Origin: Deltaproteobacteria bacterium
GTDB lineage: Bacteria > JACQOV01
Assembly: GCA_016202395.1 (NCBI GenBank)
Contig: JACQOV010000039.1
Coordinates: 1 to 45,931, forward strand
Direction: 5' to 3'
DNA: 45,931 nt
Under the pieces are notes generated by a model. That model ran no database searches, was not told the DNA's origin, and saw only the letters and a program-made list of their open reading frames with translations. Below are positions 20,278 to 29,640 of the stretch, piece by piece. Every line of letters begins with the position of its first letter. The first letter of the stretch is position 1. The position numbers and the translations under genes are program-made.

Positions 20278-21507
20278 GTGTTAGGAAAAAAAGATTCGTT
20301 GGTTGTTGGATTGGATATTGGAACAACAAAGATTTGCGCCATGGTGGGGCAGAGACGCGGGGAGGGTGTTGTTGAGATTGTTGGGATAGGCAATGCTCCT
20401 TCTAAAGGCTTGCGGAAGGGGGTCGTTGTCAATATCGAAAGCACCGTGCAGTCGATTCAAAAAGCGGTGGAGGAGGCGGAGATGATGGCGGGCTGCCAGA
20501 TCCGCTCTGTTTACGCGGGTATTTCTGGAGCTCACATCAAAGCCTTCAACAGTCACGGAATCGTTGCTGTCAAAGATGGAGAGGTCAAAGAAAGCGATGT
20601 GCAACGTGTGGTGGATGCGGCCCGCGCTGTGGCGATTCCCATGGATCGCGAGATCATTCATGTGTTCCCTCAGGAATTCATTTTGGATGACCAGGATGGA
20701 ATTAAAGAACCCCTCGGGATGTCCGGCGTGCGGTTAGAGGCCAAGGTTCATATCGTGACGGGAGCGGTTGCCTCCGCTCAGAATATTATCAAGTGCGCCA
20801 GTAAAACGGGTCTCTCAGTTCGTGATATTGTCCTCCAACAATATGCCTCTTCCGAGGCGGTGTTAACCCCGGATGAGAAAGAACTTGGGGTGACTTTAAT
20901 CGATATCGGCGGCGGAACAACGAATATTGCTATCTTCTTTGGCGGAGCGATTCGCCACACCGCAGTTCTCCCCATCGGAGGGAATCATATTACCAGTGAT
21001 GTGGCGGTAGGGCTTCGCACGCCGGTCGATCCAGCGGAAAAGATTAAACAACAGTACGGTTGCGCCTTAAGCTCCATGGTCTCAAAAGAGGAGACGATCG
21101 AGGTTATGAGTATTGGGGAAAGAAAACTGCGCCTCGTTTCACGGCAAGCTCTCACGGAGATCATTCAGCCCCGTGTTGAGGAGATCTTCCACCTGGTTCA
21201 TCGAGAGATTGTCCGATCCGGCTTTGAGGATCTGTTGGCAGCGGGGGTTGTTCTCACCGGGGGAACTGCTAGCCTTCATGGGATTGAAGAGATTGCGGAA
21301 AAGATGTTGAACGGTTCGGCTCGGCGTGGGATCCCTCAATCGGTTCAAGGGTTGGTGGATATTGTGGGGAGCCCTATTTACGCCACGGCGGTGGGATTGG
21401 TGTTATACGGGCTTCGTCAGGAGAGCGGAGGGTGGATTTCTACGAAGCGGGGGATGGTGGGGAAGGTTCGCACTAGAATGAGGGAATGGTTCTCAGAATT
21501 TTTTTGA
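20278..21507 (+). CDS. ftsA: cell division protein FtsA
   Basis: GLDIGTTKI, DIGGGTT, GGNHITSD, VLTGG, YATAVGL. Confidence 0.98.
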   Translation: MLGKKDSLVVGLDIGTTKICAMVGQRRGEGVVEIVGIGNAPSKGLRKGVVVNIESTVQSIQKAVEEAEMMAGCQIRSVYAGISGAHIKAFNSHGIVAVKDGEVKESDVQRVVDAARAVAIPMDREIIHVFPQEFILDDQDGIKEPLGMSGVRLEAKVHIVTGAVASAQNIIKCASKTGLSVRDIVLQQYASSEAVLTPDEKELGVTLIDIGGGTTNIAIFFGGAIRHTAVLPIGGNHITSDVAVGLRTPVDPAEKIKQQYGCALSSMVSKEETIEVMSIGERKLRLVSRQALTEIIQPRVEEIFHLVHREIVRSGFEDLLAAGVVLTGGTASLHGIEEIAEKMLNGSARRGIPQSVQGLVDIVGSPIYATAVGLVLYGLRQESGGWISTKRGMVGKVRTRMREWFSEFF

Positions 21508-21634
21508 TGCAAACGCAATAAATGTCGTTATACTTCGTTGGCCTCCTTCGGCACTCGCTCAGCGTACGCCACAAAGTACGCTTCGCTCGGCCTCAGTCGG
21601 CCGCCTCGTCTAACGGCCATTTCTTGCGTTTGCG
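21508..21634. repeat. 125-bp palindromic MITE/REP-like element, copy 2
   Basis: Near-identical to 8468-8592; begins on the base right after the ftsA TGA. Confidence 0.9.
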
Positions 21635-21661
21635 GAATTTCTTTTGAGGAGGAAAAATTTG

Positions 21662-22798
21662 ATGAAAGCGGTTCCAGTCCAAAAAATGGAGATGGCCCCG
21701 TTTGGAGCTCGGATCAAGGTGGTTGGGATAGGAGGCGGCGGTGGAAATGCGGTGAACACGATGATCCGGCTGGGTCTTCAAGGGGTGGAGTTCGCGGCGT
21801 CCAATACCGATTGCCAGGTTTTAAACATCTCGCTGGCTCCCACCAAGGTTGCGTTGGGGACGCGATTGACGCGTGGCCTAGGAGCCGGTGGGAATCCGGA
21901 AGTGGGGCGCAATGCCGCTTTGGAGGATCGGGACAGAATTGCAGAGGTCTTGACCGGAACCGACATGGTTTTTGTCACCGCAGGGATGGGGGGAGGGACT
22001 GGGACAGGGGCCGCTCCTGTCATTGCCGAGGTTTCTAAAGAGGTGGGGGCTTTGACGGTAGGGGTTGTCACCAAACCTTTTCTCTTTGAAGGGCGACGTC
22101 GGCAGATGCAAGCGGAGGAGGGAATCGAGGCTTTGAGAGAGCATGTCGATACCTTAATCACGGTTCCTAATCAAAGACTTCTTGCCATCGCAGGAAAAAA
22201 TACCTCGATGTTAGAGGCGTTCCGAAAGGCGGATGAGGTTTTGTACCACGCCGTCAAAGGGATCGCCGATCTTATCACGGTCACGGGGCTCATCAATCTC
22301 GATTTTGCCGATGTTCGGACGGTGATGAACGAGATGGGGATGGCTCTGATGGGGACCGGAATGGCTTCTGGAGAAAGACGGGCGCTGATTGCGGCGCAGC
22401 AAGCCATTGCCTCGCCACTCCTGGAGGATGTCTCCATTCGAGGGGCGCGTGGCATTCTTCTCAACGTCACCGGAGGGGAAGACCTCACGCTTCACGAGGT
22501 GAATGAGGCTGCAAGCCTTGTTCAAGAGGAGGCTCATCAAGAGGCTCATATTATTTTTGGAGCGGTGATCGACTCCGAACTTCGAAAGGAGATCCGAGTC
22601 ACGGTCATTGCGACTGGGTTTGGCGATTCTGTGGGTGAGGAGTCCACGGCAGGCCTTGCGACCCCCAAAGGGGATCGGTTGATGCCAATCCGCCGTCGTA
22701 AAAATCAAAGGATCGATTTGGGGGAGGTTCGCAATTTCTTGGGGACCTCCGAGAATGAGAACGACGAACTCGACATTCCAACGTTTTTAAGGAAATAA
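21662..22798 (+). CDS. ftsZ: cell division GTPase FtsZ
   Basis: [25 protein letters not shown]-terminal [17 protein letters not shown] before ATG 21662. Confidence 0.99.
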   Translation: MKAVPVQKMEMAPFGARIKVVGIGGGGGNAVNTMIRLGLQGVEFAASNTDCQVLNISLAPTKVALGTRLTRGLGAGGNPEVGRNAALEDRDRIAEVLTGTDMVFVTAGMGGGTGTGAAPVIAEVSKEVGALTVGVVTKPFLFEGRRRQMQAEEGIEALREHVDTLITVPNQRLLAIAGKNTSMLEAFRKADEVLYHAVKGIADLITVTGLINLDFADVRTVMNEMGMALMGTGMASGERRALIAAQQAIASPLLEDVSIRGARGILLNVTGGEDLTLHEVNEAASLVQEEAHQEAHIIFGAVIDSELRKEIRVTVIATGFGDSVGEESTAGLATPKGDRLMPIRRRKNQRIDLGEVRNFLGTSENENDELDIPTFLRK

Positions 22799-22818
22799 CA
22801 CGTCCGTCGAGAGGTTTT

Positions 22819-24774
22819 ATGATTGAAGCGATTATGAAAGAGATCGTGTGGCGACCGTACGGCGATTATCTGGAGAAGAGCAATATTGGCCGGTTCATGA
22901 ATCGCCATGGAATTAAAACCTACAAAGAACTCATCCACCGTTCCACCGAAGATATCGAATGGTTTTGGGATGCGGCCTTAAAAGACATCGGTGTGGAGTG
23001 GTTTGAGCCTTATCAAAAGATTTTGGATACCTCCCAAGGTTTTCCGTGGGCTCGATGGTTTGTCGGTGGAAAAATTAACATCGTTCACAATTGTATTGAT
23101 CGACATATTCGTGAAGGACGTGGCGATCGGGTTGCAATCCTTTGGGAAGGAGATCAGGGCGACACTCGCCAGCTCACCTATCGGGAGCTGGAGGAACAGG
23201 TTTGCAAAATCGCTAACTTCATGAAAGGGTTAGGACTTAAAAAAGGGGACACGGCCGGACTCTACATGCCAATGATTCCAGAGGTGGTCGTGGCGATGAT
23301 GGCCTGTTTCAAGATCGGTGTGGTGGTGGTTCCAATCTTCTCAGGCTTTGGCGCCTCTGCGTTGGCGGCCCGTTTGGCAGATGCCGAGGCGAAGATCCTC
23401 TTTACAGCCGATGGGGGTTTTCGGCGAGGCAAAGTGGTCCCGATCAAGGAGGAGGCCGATAAAGCGCTCGATCAAGTTCCCAGTGTTCGATATGTTTTTG
23501 TTGTGGATCATGCCAGGCGATGGGCCCCCATGCGTTTTGGAAGAGATCTTTGGTGGGAGGCGATGATGCAGGTGTCTCCGAAGAAGCCGTGCAAAACGGA
23601 GGAGCTAGAGGCGGAGGAGACGTCTCTGATCATCTATACTTCCGGAACCACTGGAAAGCCGAAAGGGACGGTTCACACCCATGCTGGGGCCTTAGCCCAA
23701 ATGGCCAAGGAGGTGGGTTACTATTTTGATTTAAAGCCCGAGATCGATCGTTTCTTTTGGGTGAGTGATATCGGTTGGATGATGGGGCCTTGGGAGATTA
23801 TTGGAGTGCAGCATTATGGCGGAACCTATCTCATGTACGAAGGGGTTCCCAACTACCCTCAGCCGGATCGACTTTGGTCTATCTTGGAAAAGCATGGGAT
23901 CACTATTTTAGGGATCTCTCCCACAGCGATCCGACTCTTGATGGGGACCGGAGACGAATGGGTAAAAAAACATGACTTGAGTCGGTTACGGATCTTGGGA
24001 TCCACGGGGGAGCCGTGGGATCCTACATCGTATTTGTGGTTTTTTGAGAAGGTGGGAGGAAGGCGTTGTCCGATCATCAATATCTCGGGTGGAACCGAGG
24101 TCGCCGGTTGTTTGCTGGCTCCGATGCCGATCACGGAACTCAAACCTTGTTCGCTGGGAGGCCCTGGCTTAGGGATGGATGTGGATGTTTTTGATGAGGA
24201 GGGAAAGCCGATCCGCGAAGGGATTGGACATCTCGTTTGTAAAAAACCGGCTCCATCGATGACCAAAGGATTCTTAAAAGACCCGGAGCGCTATCTCGAC
24301 ACCTATTTTTCCCGTTGGCCCAATATTTGGTATCACGGCGATTGGGCCTATGTGGATGACGACGGGCATTGGTTTTTATTCGGTCGTTCCGATGACACGA
24401 TCAAAATTGCCGGCAAGCGTGTGGGTCCTGCGGAGATTGAGGCGGCATTAATTCAACACCCCGCTGTCTCGGAGGCGGCCGCCATTGGAGTCCCTCACCC
24501 GATCAAGGGGGAAGGGGTCGTCTGTTTTGTCGTTCTCAAGCCTGATGTTCCACAAGACGAATCCCTTCGAGAAAAGCTCAAAAGTCAGGTGGTTGAGCTT
24601 TTAGGAAAGACGATGAAGCCGGAGGAGATTAAATTTGTGAAGGCTCTTCCCAAAACCCGCTCTGCTAAGATCGTTCGGGGCGTTATCAAGAAGAAATACC
24701 TTGGCCAAGAGATCGGTGACATTGCCTCTGTCGAGAATCCCGAGGCCCTCGACGCCATCACCCACGCTTTTTAA
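22819..24774 (+). CDS. acetyl-/acetoacetyl-CoA synthetase family AMP-forming ligase
   Basis: YTSGTTGKPKG, SDIGWMMG, STGEPW, SGGTE, GRSDD, LPKTRSAK. Confidence 0.88.
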   Translation: MIEAIMKEIVWRPYGDYLEKSNIGRFMNRHGIKTYKELIHRSTEDIEWFWDAALKDIGVEWFEPYQKILDTSQGFPWARWFVGGKINIVHNCIDRHIREGRGDRVAILWEGDQGDTRQLTYRELEEQVCKIANFMKGLGLKKGDTAGLYMPMIPEVVVAMMACFKIGVVVVPIFSGFGASALAARLADAEAKILFTADGGFRRGKVVPIKEEADKALDQVPSVRYVFVVDHARRWAPMRFGRDLWWEAMMQVSPKKPCKTEELEAEETSLIIYTSGTTGKPKGTVHTHAGALAQMAKEVGYYFDLKPEIDRFFWVSDIGWMMGPWEIIGVQHYGGTYLMYEGVPNYPQPDRLWSILEKHGITILGISPTAIRLLMGTGDEWVKKHDLSRLRILGSTGEPWDPTSYLWFFEKVGGRRCPIINISGGTEVAGCLLAPMPITELKPCSLGGPGLGMDVDVFDEEGKPIREGIGHLVCKKPAPSMTKGFLKDPERYLDTYFSRWPNIWYHGDWAYVDDDGHWFLFGRSDDTIKIAGKRVGPAEIEAALIQHPAVSEAAAIGVPHPIKGEGVVCFVVLKPDVPQDESLREKLKSQVVELLGKTMKPEEIKFVKALPKTRSAKIVRGVIKKKYLGQEIGDIASVENPEALDAITHAF

Positions 24775-24790
24775 AATAGGTTTTCAGGAT

Positions 24791-24819
24791 TTGCATTCAG
24801 TCTCTCTTTATGTTATCAA
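24791..24819 (+). promoter_or_regulatory. probable rpsB promoter
   Basis: TTGCAT (24791-24796), 17 bp, TG-n-TATCAA extended -10. Confidence 0.5.
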
Positions 24820-24844
24820 CTTCCGCTAGCGATAAGTCACCCTA

Positions 24845-24930
24845 AAACACACGCTTTGGGACTAGAAGAGGGGGTGCCGTTCAGCGGTCCTCTTCTGGAG
24901 AGATCGAAGCGGAGGCTAAACCCGAAAGGA
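24845..24930 (+). promoter_or_regulatory. probable rpsB (S2) autoregulatory leader RNA
   Basis: ACACACGC start; nested stems CGCTTTG/CGAAGCG and CTAGAAGAGG/CCTCTTCTGG; GGAGGC followed by a short hairpin before the SD. Confidence 0.6.
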
Positions 24931-24936
24931 AAACAG

Positions 24937-25707
24937 ATGAGCGTTATCGAAGTCAAGGAGCTGCTCGAAGCGGGGGTCCATTTTGGACATCAGACCAATC
25001 GATGGAACCCGAAAATGAAACCTTACCTTTTTGGATCTCGCAACGGCATCTATATTGTGGACCTTCAAAAGACCGCGGGCCTTTTTGAGCAAGCGTATCA
25101 GCGCGTTGTGAAGGTTGTTGCTGGAGGGGGGGCGATACTTTTTGTCGGGACCAAACATCAAGCTCAGCAACCGATCAAAGAGGCGGCAGAACGTTGCGGC
25201 ATGTTTTATGTTGTGAACCGATGGCTCGGAGGAACCCTCACGAACTTTCAGACGATCCGCAAAAGCATTGAGCGACTCAAAGAGATTGAGAAGATGGAGA
25301 CCGACGGAACCTTTTCAGCCCTCACTAAGAAAGAAGGGCTTTTGTTACTCAAGGAAAAAGAGAAGCTTGTGAGCTATCATTCCGGAATTCGAGAGATGAA
25401 AAAGCTCCCTGATTTGATCTTTATCGTTGACACTCAGAAGGAGAGAATTGCGGTGCATGAGGCGAAACGGTTAGGGATCGAAACCATTGCCGTTGTCGAT
25501 ACCAATTGTGATCCCGATGGAATTAGCTATGTGATTCCTGGGAATGACGATGCCATTCGCTCCATCCGACTTTTCACCTCGAAGATAGCCGATGCGTCTT
25601 TGGAAGGATTGAGCCAGCGTGAAAAAGAGGCTCGAGAAGAGAAGGCAGAATCGGTTAAGGATTCTGGCGAAGAGCTTAAAATAGAATCGAGAGTGGCACA
25701 GGGGTAG
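24937..25707 (+). CDS. rpsB: 30S ribosomal protein S2
   Basis: [43 protein letters not shown]. Confidence 0.99.
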   Translation: MSVIEVKELLEAGVHFGHQTNRWNPKMKPYLFGSRNGIYIVDLQKTAGLFEQAYQRVVKVVAGGGAILFVGTKHQAQQPIKEAAERCGMFYVVNRWLGGTLTNFQTIRKSIERLKEIEKMETDGTFSALTKKEGLLLLKEKEKLVSYHSGIREMKKLPDLIFIVDTQKERIAVHEAKRLGIETIAVVDTNCDPDGISYVIPGNDDAIRSIRLFTSKIADASLEGLSQREKEAREEKAESVKDSGEELKIESRVAQG

Positions 25708-25713
25708 AAGACC

Positions 25714-26310
25714 ATGGAGATTTCAGTAGAACTGGTCAAAAAATTGAGAGAACGGACCGGAGCGGGGATCGTTGATTGCCAGAAAGCGCTTCGAGACTCC
25801 GTGGGGGAATTGGAAAAAGCGATCGACCTCCTTCGTGAGCGTGGGGTGGTGAAGGCGGCCAAAAAGAGCGGCCGAGCGACCCAAGAAGGGGCGATTGCCT
25901 CCTACATTCATATGGGGGGAAAAATCGGTGTTTTGTTAGAGCTTAACTGCGAGACCGATTTCGTCGCTAAGACCCACCATTTCCAAGACTTGGCGAGGAA
26001 TTTGACTCTTCATGTCGCGGCGGCGGCTCCTCAGTGGGTGGGGCGAGAAGGGATTTCTGCGGAGACTATCGAAAAAGAAAAAGAGATCTATCGCGTTCAA
26101 GCCAAAGACTCGGGAAAATCTCCAACGGTGATTGAAAAGATCGCGGAAGGAAAACTGCAGAAGTTCTATGCCGAGACCTGTTTGCTGGAACAGCCCTATG
26201 TTCGGGATCCAAATCAAACGGTTCAACAACTCATTACCGAAGCGATCGCCAAATTGGGGGAGAATATCACCGTTCGGCGATTTGCTCGTTTCCAGGTGGG
26301 ACAGTCTTAA
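25714..26310 (+). CDS. tsf: elongation factor Ts (short, 198 aa)
   Basis: VKKLRERTGAG, ELNCETDFVA, LLEQ, GENITVRRFARF. Confidence 0.98.
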   Translation: MEISVELVKKLRERTGAGIVDCQKALRDSVGELEKAIDLLRERGVVKAAKKSGRATQEGAIASYIHMGGKIGVLLELNCETDFVAKTHHFQDLARNLTLHVAAAAPQWVGREGISAETIEKEKEIYRVQAKDSGKSPTVIEKIAEGKLQKFYAETCLLEQPYVRDPNQTVQQLITEAIAKLGENITVRRFARFQVGQS

Positions 26311-27051
<741 letters not shown>

Positions 27052-27070
27052 GGTTTAGGTGTAGAAAAAC

Positions 27071-27625
27071 ATGGAAGAAGTTATTCGAGAATTGCGAAGT
27101 CATATGGATCGATCCGTCGAGGCTTTTAAAAGGGACCTCGGACAGATTCGGACCGGTCGCGCCTCGATTTCTTTGTTGGATGGGGTTCGAGTCGATTATT
27201 ACGGGAATCCGACCCCTTTAAACCAATTGGCAACCCTTTCCGTTCCCGAGCCCCGTTCCATCCTTATTCAACCCTGGGATCCTTCAGTGGGGGAGTTGAT
27301 CGCAAAAGCGATTCTAACCTCGGATCTAGGATTAAACCCGACCCACGACGGAAAAATTATTCGTATAGCGATTCCTTCTCTTACCGAGGAGAGACGCAAG
27401 GAGCTTGTCAAGCGCGTCCACAAGATTGCCGAAGAGTCGCGTGTGGCCCTTCGAAACATTCGGCGGGATCTTCTCGAGAGATTAAAGAAGCGAGAAAAAG
27501 AAGAGAGTCTCTCGGAAGACGTCGTTCATCAGACGCAAGATCGAGTCCAGAAGGTGACCGACGAAGAGATGGGGAAGATTGAAAAAATTGTTGCGGCGAA
27601 AGAAAAAGAGATCCTTGAAGTTTGA
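27071..27625 (+). CDS. frr: ribosome recycling factor
   Basis: IRTGRA, VDYYG.PTPL, LTEERRKEL, RNIRR. Confidence 0.98.
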   Translation: MEEVIRELRSHMDRSVEAFKRDLGQIRTGRASISLLDGVRVDYYGNPTPLNQLATLSVPEPRSILIQPWDPSVGELIAKAILTSDLGLNPTHDGKIIRIAIPSLTEERRKELVKRVHKIAEESRVALRNIRRDLLERLKKREKEESLSEDVVHQTQDRVQKVTDEEMGKIEKIVAAKEKEILEV

Positions 27626-28331
27626 TTTGCCGCGGCATGTGGCCATCATCATGGATGGCAATGGCCGTTGGGCAAAGCGGCGCGGCTTAACCCGAGTGGA
27701 GGGGCATCGCCAAGGGGTGCAAGCGGCTCGCAAAATCGTCAATGCCGCTCGAGAAATCGGGATTCCGGTTCTAACCCTTTACACCTTTTCCAAAGAGAAT
27801 TGGAATCGGCCTCAGCAAGAGGTCCAAGCTTTGATGGGCTTGTTGGAGCACTATTTGGAGGAGGTTCACAAAGAGATTGAAGAGCACGACATCCGTGTGC
27901 AAGCGATTGGAGAGATGGAGGACCTTCCGGCCCCCGTCCAACAGTCCCTTCGGCGGTTGATCGATCGAACCCGTTCCAAAAAAGGGATGCTCGTCAATCT
28001 GGCTTTAAGCTATGGCGGACGAGCGGAGATTGTGCGCGCAGCTTCTCGTCTGCTAGAGGATTTTAAGCAAAATCGAATCTCTCCCAAAGAGATAACGCCC
28101 GATCTGTTTTCGAGCTATCTTTATACCCAAGGGCTCCCCGATCCCGACCTTTTAATCCGGACCGGCGGGGATTTTCGGATCAGCAATTTCCTTTTGTGGC
28201 AGATGGCCTACACCGAGATTGTTGTTACGCAGGTTCTTTGGCCCGATTTTCGGAAGCGACATTTTATTCGTTGTTTGCTAGACTATCAAAAGCGAGAAAG
28301 ACGATTTGGCGGGGTGCAGGAAGAAGCATGA
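27615..28331 (+). CDS. uppS: undecaprenyl diphosphate synthase (start approximate)
   Basis: HVAIIMDGNGRWA, FSKENW.RP, SYGGR, PDLLIRTGG..RISNFLLWQ. Confidence 0.97.
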   Translation: MKFDLPRHVAIIMDGNGRWAKRRGLTRVEGHRQGVQAARKIVNAAREIGIPVLTLYTFSKENWNRPQQEVQALMGLLEHYLEEVHKEIEEHDIRVQAIGEMEDLPAPVQQSLRRLIDRTRSKKGMLVNLALSYGGRAEIVRAASRLLEDFKQNRISPKEITPDLFSSYLYTQGLPDPDLLIRTGGDFRISNFLLWQMAYTEIVVTQVLWPDFRKRHFIRCLLDYQKRERRFGGVQEEA

Positions 28332-29551
28332 AACAAAAGCGAAGAATTTCTATTCTAGGTTCCACGGGATCGATTGGTGTCAACACCCTCGAGGTGATTG
28401 CCTCTCATCCCGATCGTTTTGAGGTGATTGCTTTGGCTGCGGGCGCCAATCTAGAGCGGCTTTTGGAACAGGCCCGTCGTTTTCGCCCTCTGTGGGTGGC
28501 GGTTCGAGAAAGAGAGGATGCGCGAAAACTTTCTCAGACTCTTCCTGCGGGGGTCCAAGTGGCCTTTGGCACCGAGGGGCTGAAGGCGATTGCGAGTCAC
28601 CCCAAGGCCGATTTTGTTGTTTCAGCCATTGTGGGAGCTTCAGGTTTGGAGCCCACGTTGGCTGCCCTTCAAGCCAAGAAAAACGTTGCGATTGCCAATA
28701 AAGAATCGCTGGTGATGGCGGGATCGTTGCTGACCGCGACCGCTAAAAAACAAGGAGTTTCCCTTTTGCCGATCGATAGTGAACATAGCGCCATCTTTCA
28801 GTTGCTCGAAGGGCAAGATCGCTCCGCCCTAGACAAAGTGATTCTCACGGCCTCGGGAGGGCCTTTTTTTAGAAAAACAAAGGGGGAGTTGAACGAGGTG
28901 TCTCTAGAGGAGGCTCTTCATCATCCTCGCTGGCAGATGGGGAGAAAGATCACCATCGATTCCGCAACGCTGACGAATAAAGCATTAGAGGTCATCGAGG
29001 GGCGTTGGCTCTTTGATTTAAGACCTTCGCAGATTGAGGTGGTGATCCATCCTCAAAGCATTGTCCATTCTTTAGTTGCTTTTCGGGACGGCTCGATGTT
29101 AGCCCAGATGGCTGTTGCCGACATGAAGATTCCGATCGCCTATGCTCTCTCTTATCCAGAGCGGATTTCCGTGAAGATCCCTCCTTTGAATTTGGTTGAA
29201 ATGGGAGCTCTAGAGTTCTATGCTCCCGACGTTGAGACGTTTCCGATCCTCTCTTTGGCCTATCGGGCTTTGGAGAGCAAAAGCTCTGCTGCCGTGGTGC
29301 TCAACGCCGCCAATGAGGTTGCGGTTCAAGCCTTCTTAGATCGGCAAATCCCGTTCTTAGAGATCTATACCCTGGTGCGAGAGGTCTTTGAAGCGCATCG
29401 CCCCGTTGAGGCACAATCGATCGAGGAGATGCTTTCGTGGGACGCGTGGGCCAGTGAGGAGGCTCATCGGATGTTGGAAGTGAAAAATTATAAAGTAGAT
29501 TTAGGACGTTCTTTTCGCAAAGCCGCCCATGGTTCGACAAGCTCACCATGA
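28328..29551 (+). CDS. dxr: 1-deoxy-D-xylulose-5-phosphate reductoisomerase
   Basis: LGSTGSIG, ANKESLV, PIDSEH, TASGGPF, W.MGRKITIDSAT, NAANEVAV; ATG overlaps the uppS TGA. Confidence 0.97.
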   Translation: MKQKRRISILGSTGSIGVNTLEVIASHPDRFEVIALAAGANLERLLEQARRFRPLWVAVREREDARKLSQTLPAGVQVAFGTEGLKAIASHPKADFVVSAIVGASGLEPTLAALQAKKNVAIANKESLVMAGSLLTATAKKQGVSLLPIDSEHSAIFQLLEGQDRSALDKVILTASGGPFFRKTKGELNEVSLEEALHHPRWQMGRKITIDSATLTNKALEVIEGRWLFDLRPSQIEVVIHPQSIVHSLVAFRDGSMLAQMAVADMKIPIAYALSYPERISVKIPPLNLVEMGALEFYAPDVETFPILSLAYRALESKSSAAVVLNAANEVAVQAFLDRQIPFLEIYTLVREVFEAHRPVEAQSIEEMLSWDAWASEEAHRMLEVKNYKVDLGRSFRKAAHGSTSSP

Positions 29552-29618
29552 ACGGTCTTTTAAGTTAACCATGAACGGTTTTAACCCGTTCGCCCTGAGC
29601 CTGTCGAAGGGTGAGCGG
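29523..29618. repeat. REP-like inverted pair overlapping the dxr stop
   Basis: CCGCCCATGGTTCGACAAGCTCACCATGAACGG and inverted CCGTTCGCCCTGAGCCTGTCGAAGGGTGAGCGG, with an extra ACCATGAACGGT between them. Confidence 0.85.
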
Positions 29619-29640
29619 GTAAAGTTATGGAGTTGACATT

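Noticed and set aside
8468-21634. Repeats as a CRISPR array or tRNA
   Set aside because: No regular repeat-spacer array, no cas genes, and no cloverleaf or T-loop consensus.
21538-22038. 166-aa ORF starting inside repeat copy 2
   Set aside because: Out-of-frame overlap with ftsZ, starts within the palindrome, and has no protein-like features.
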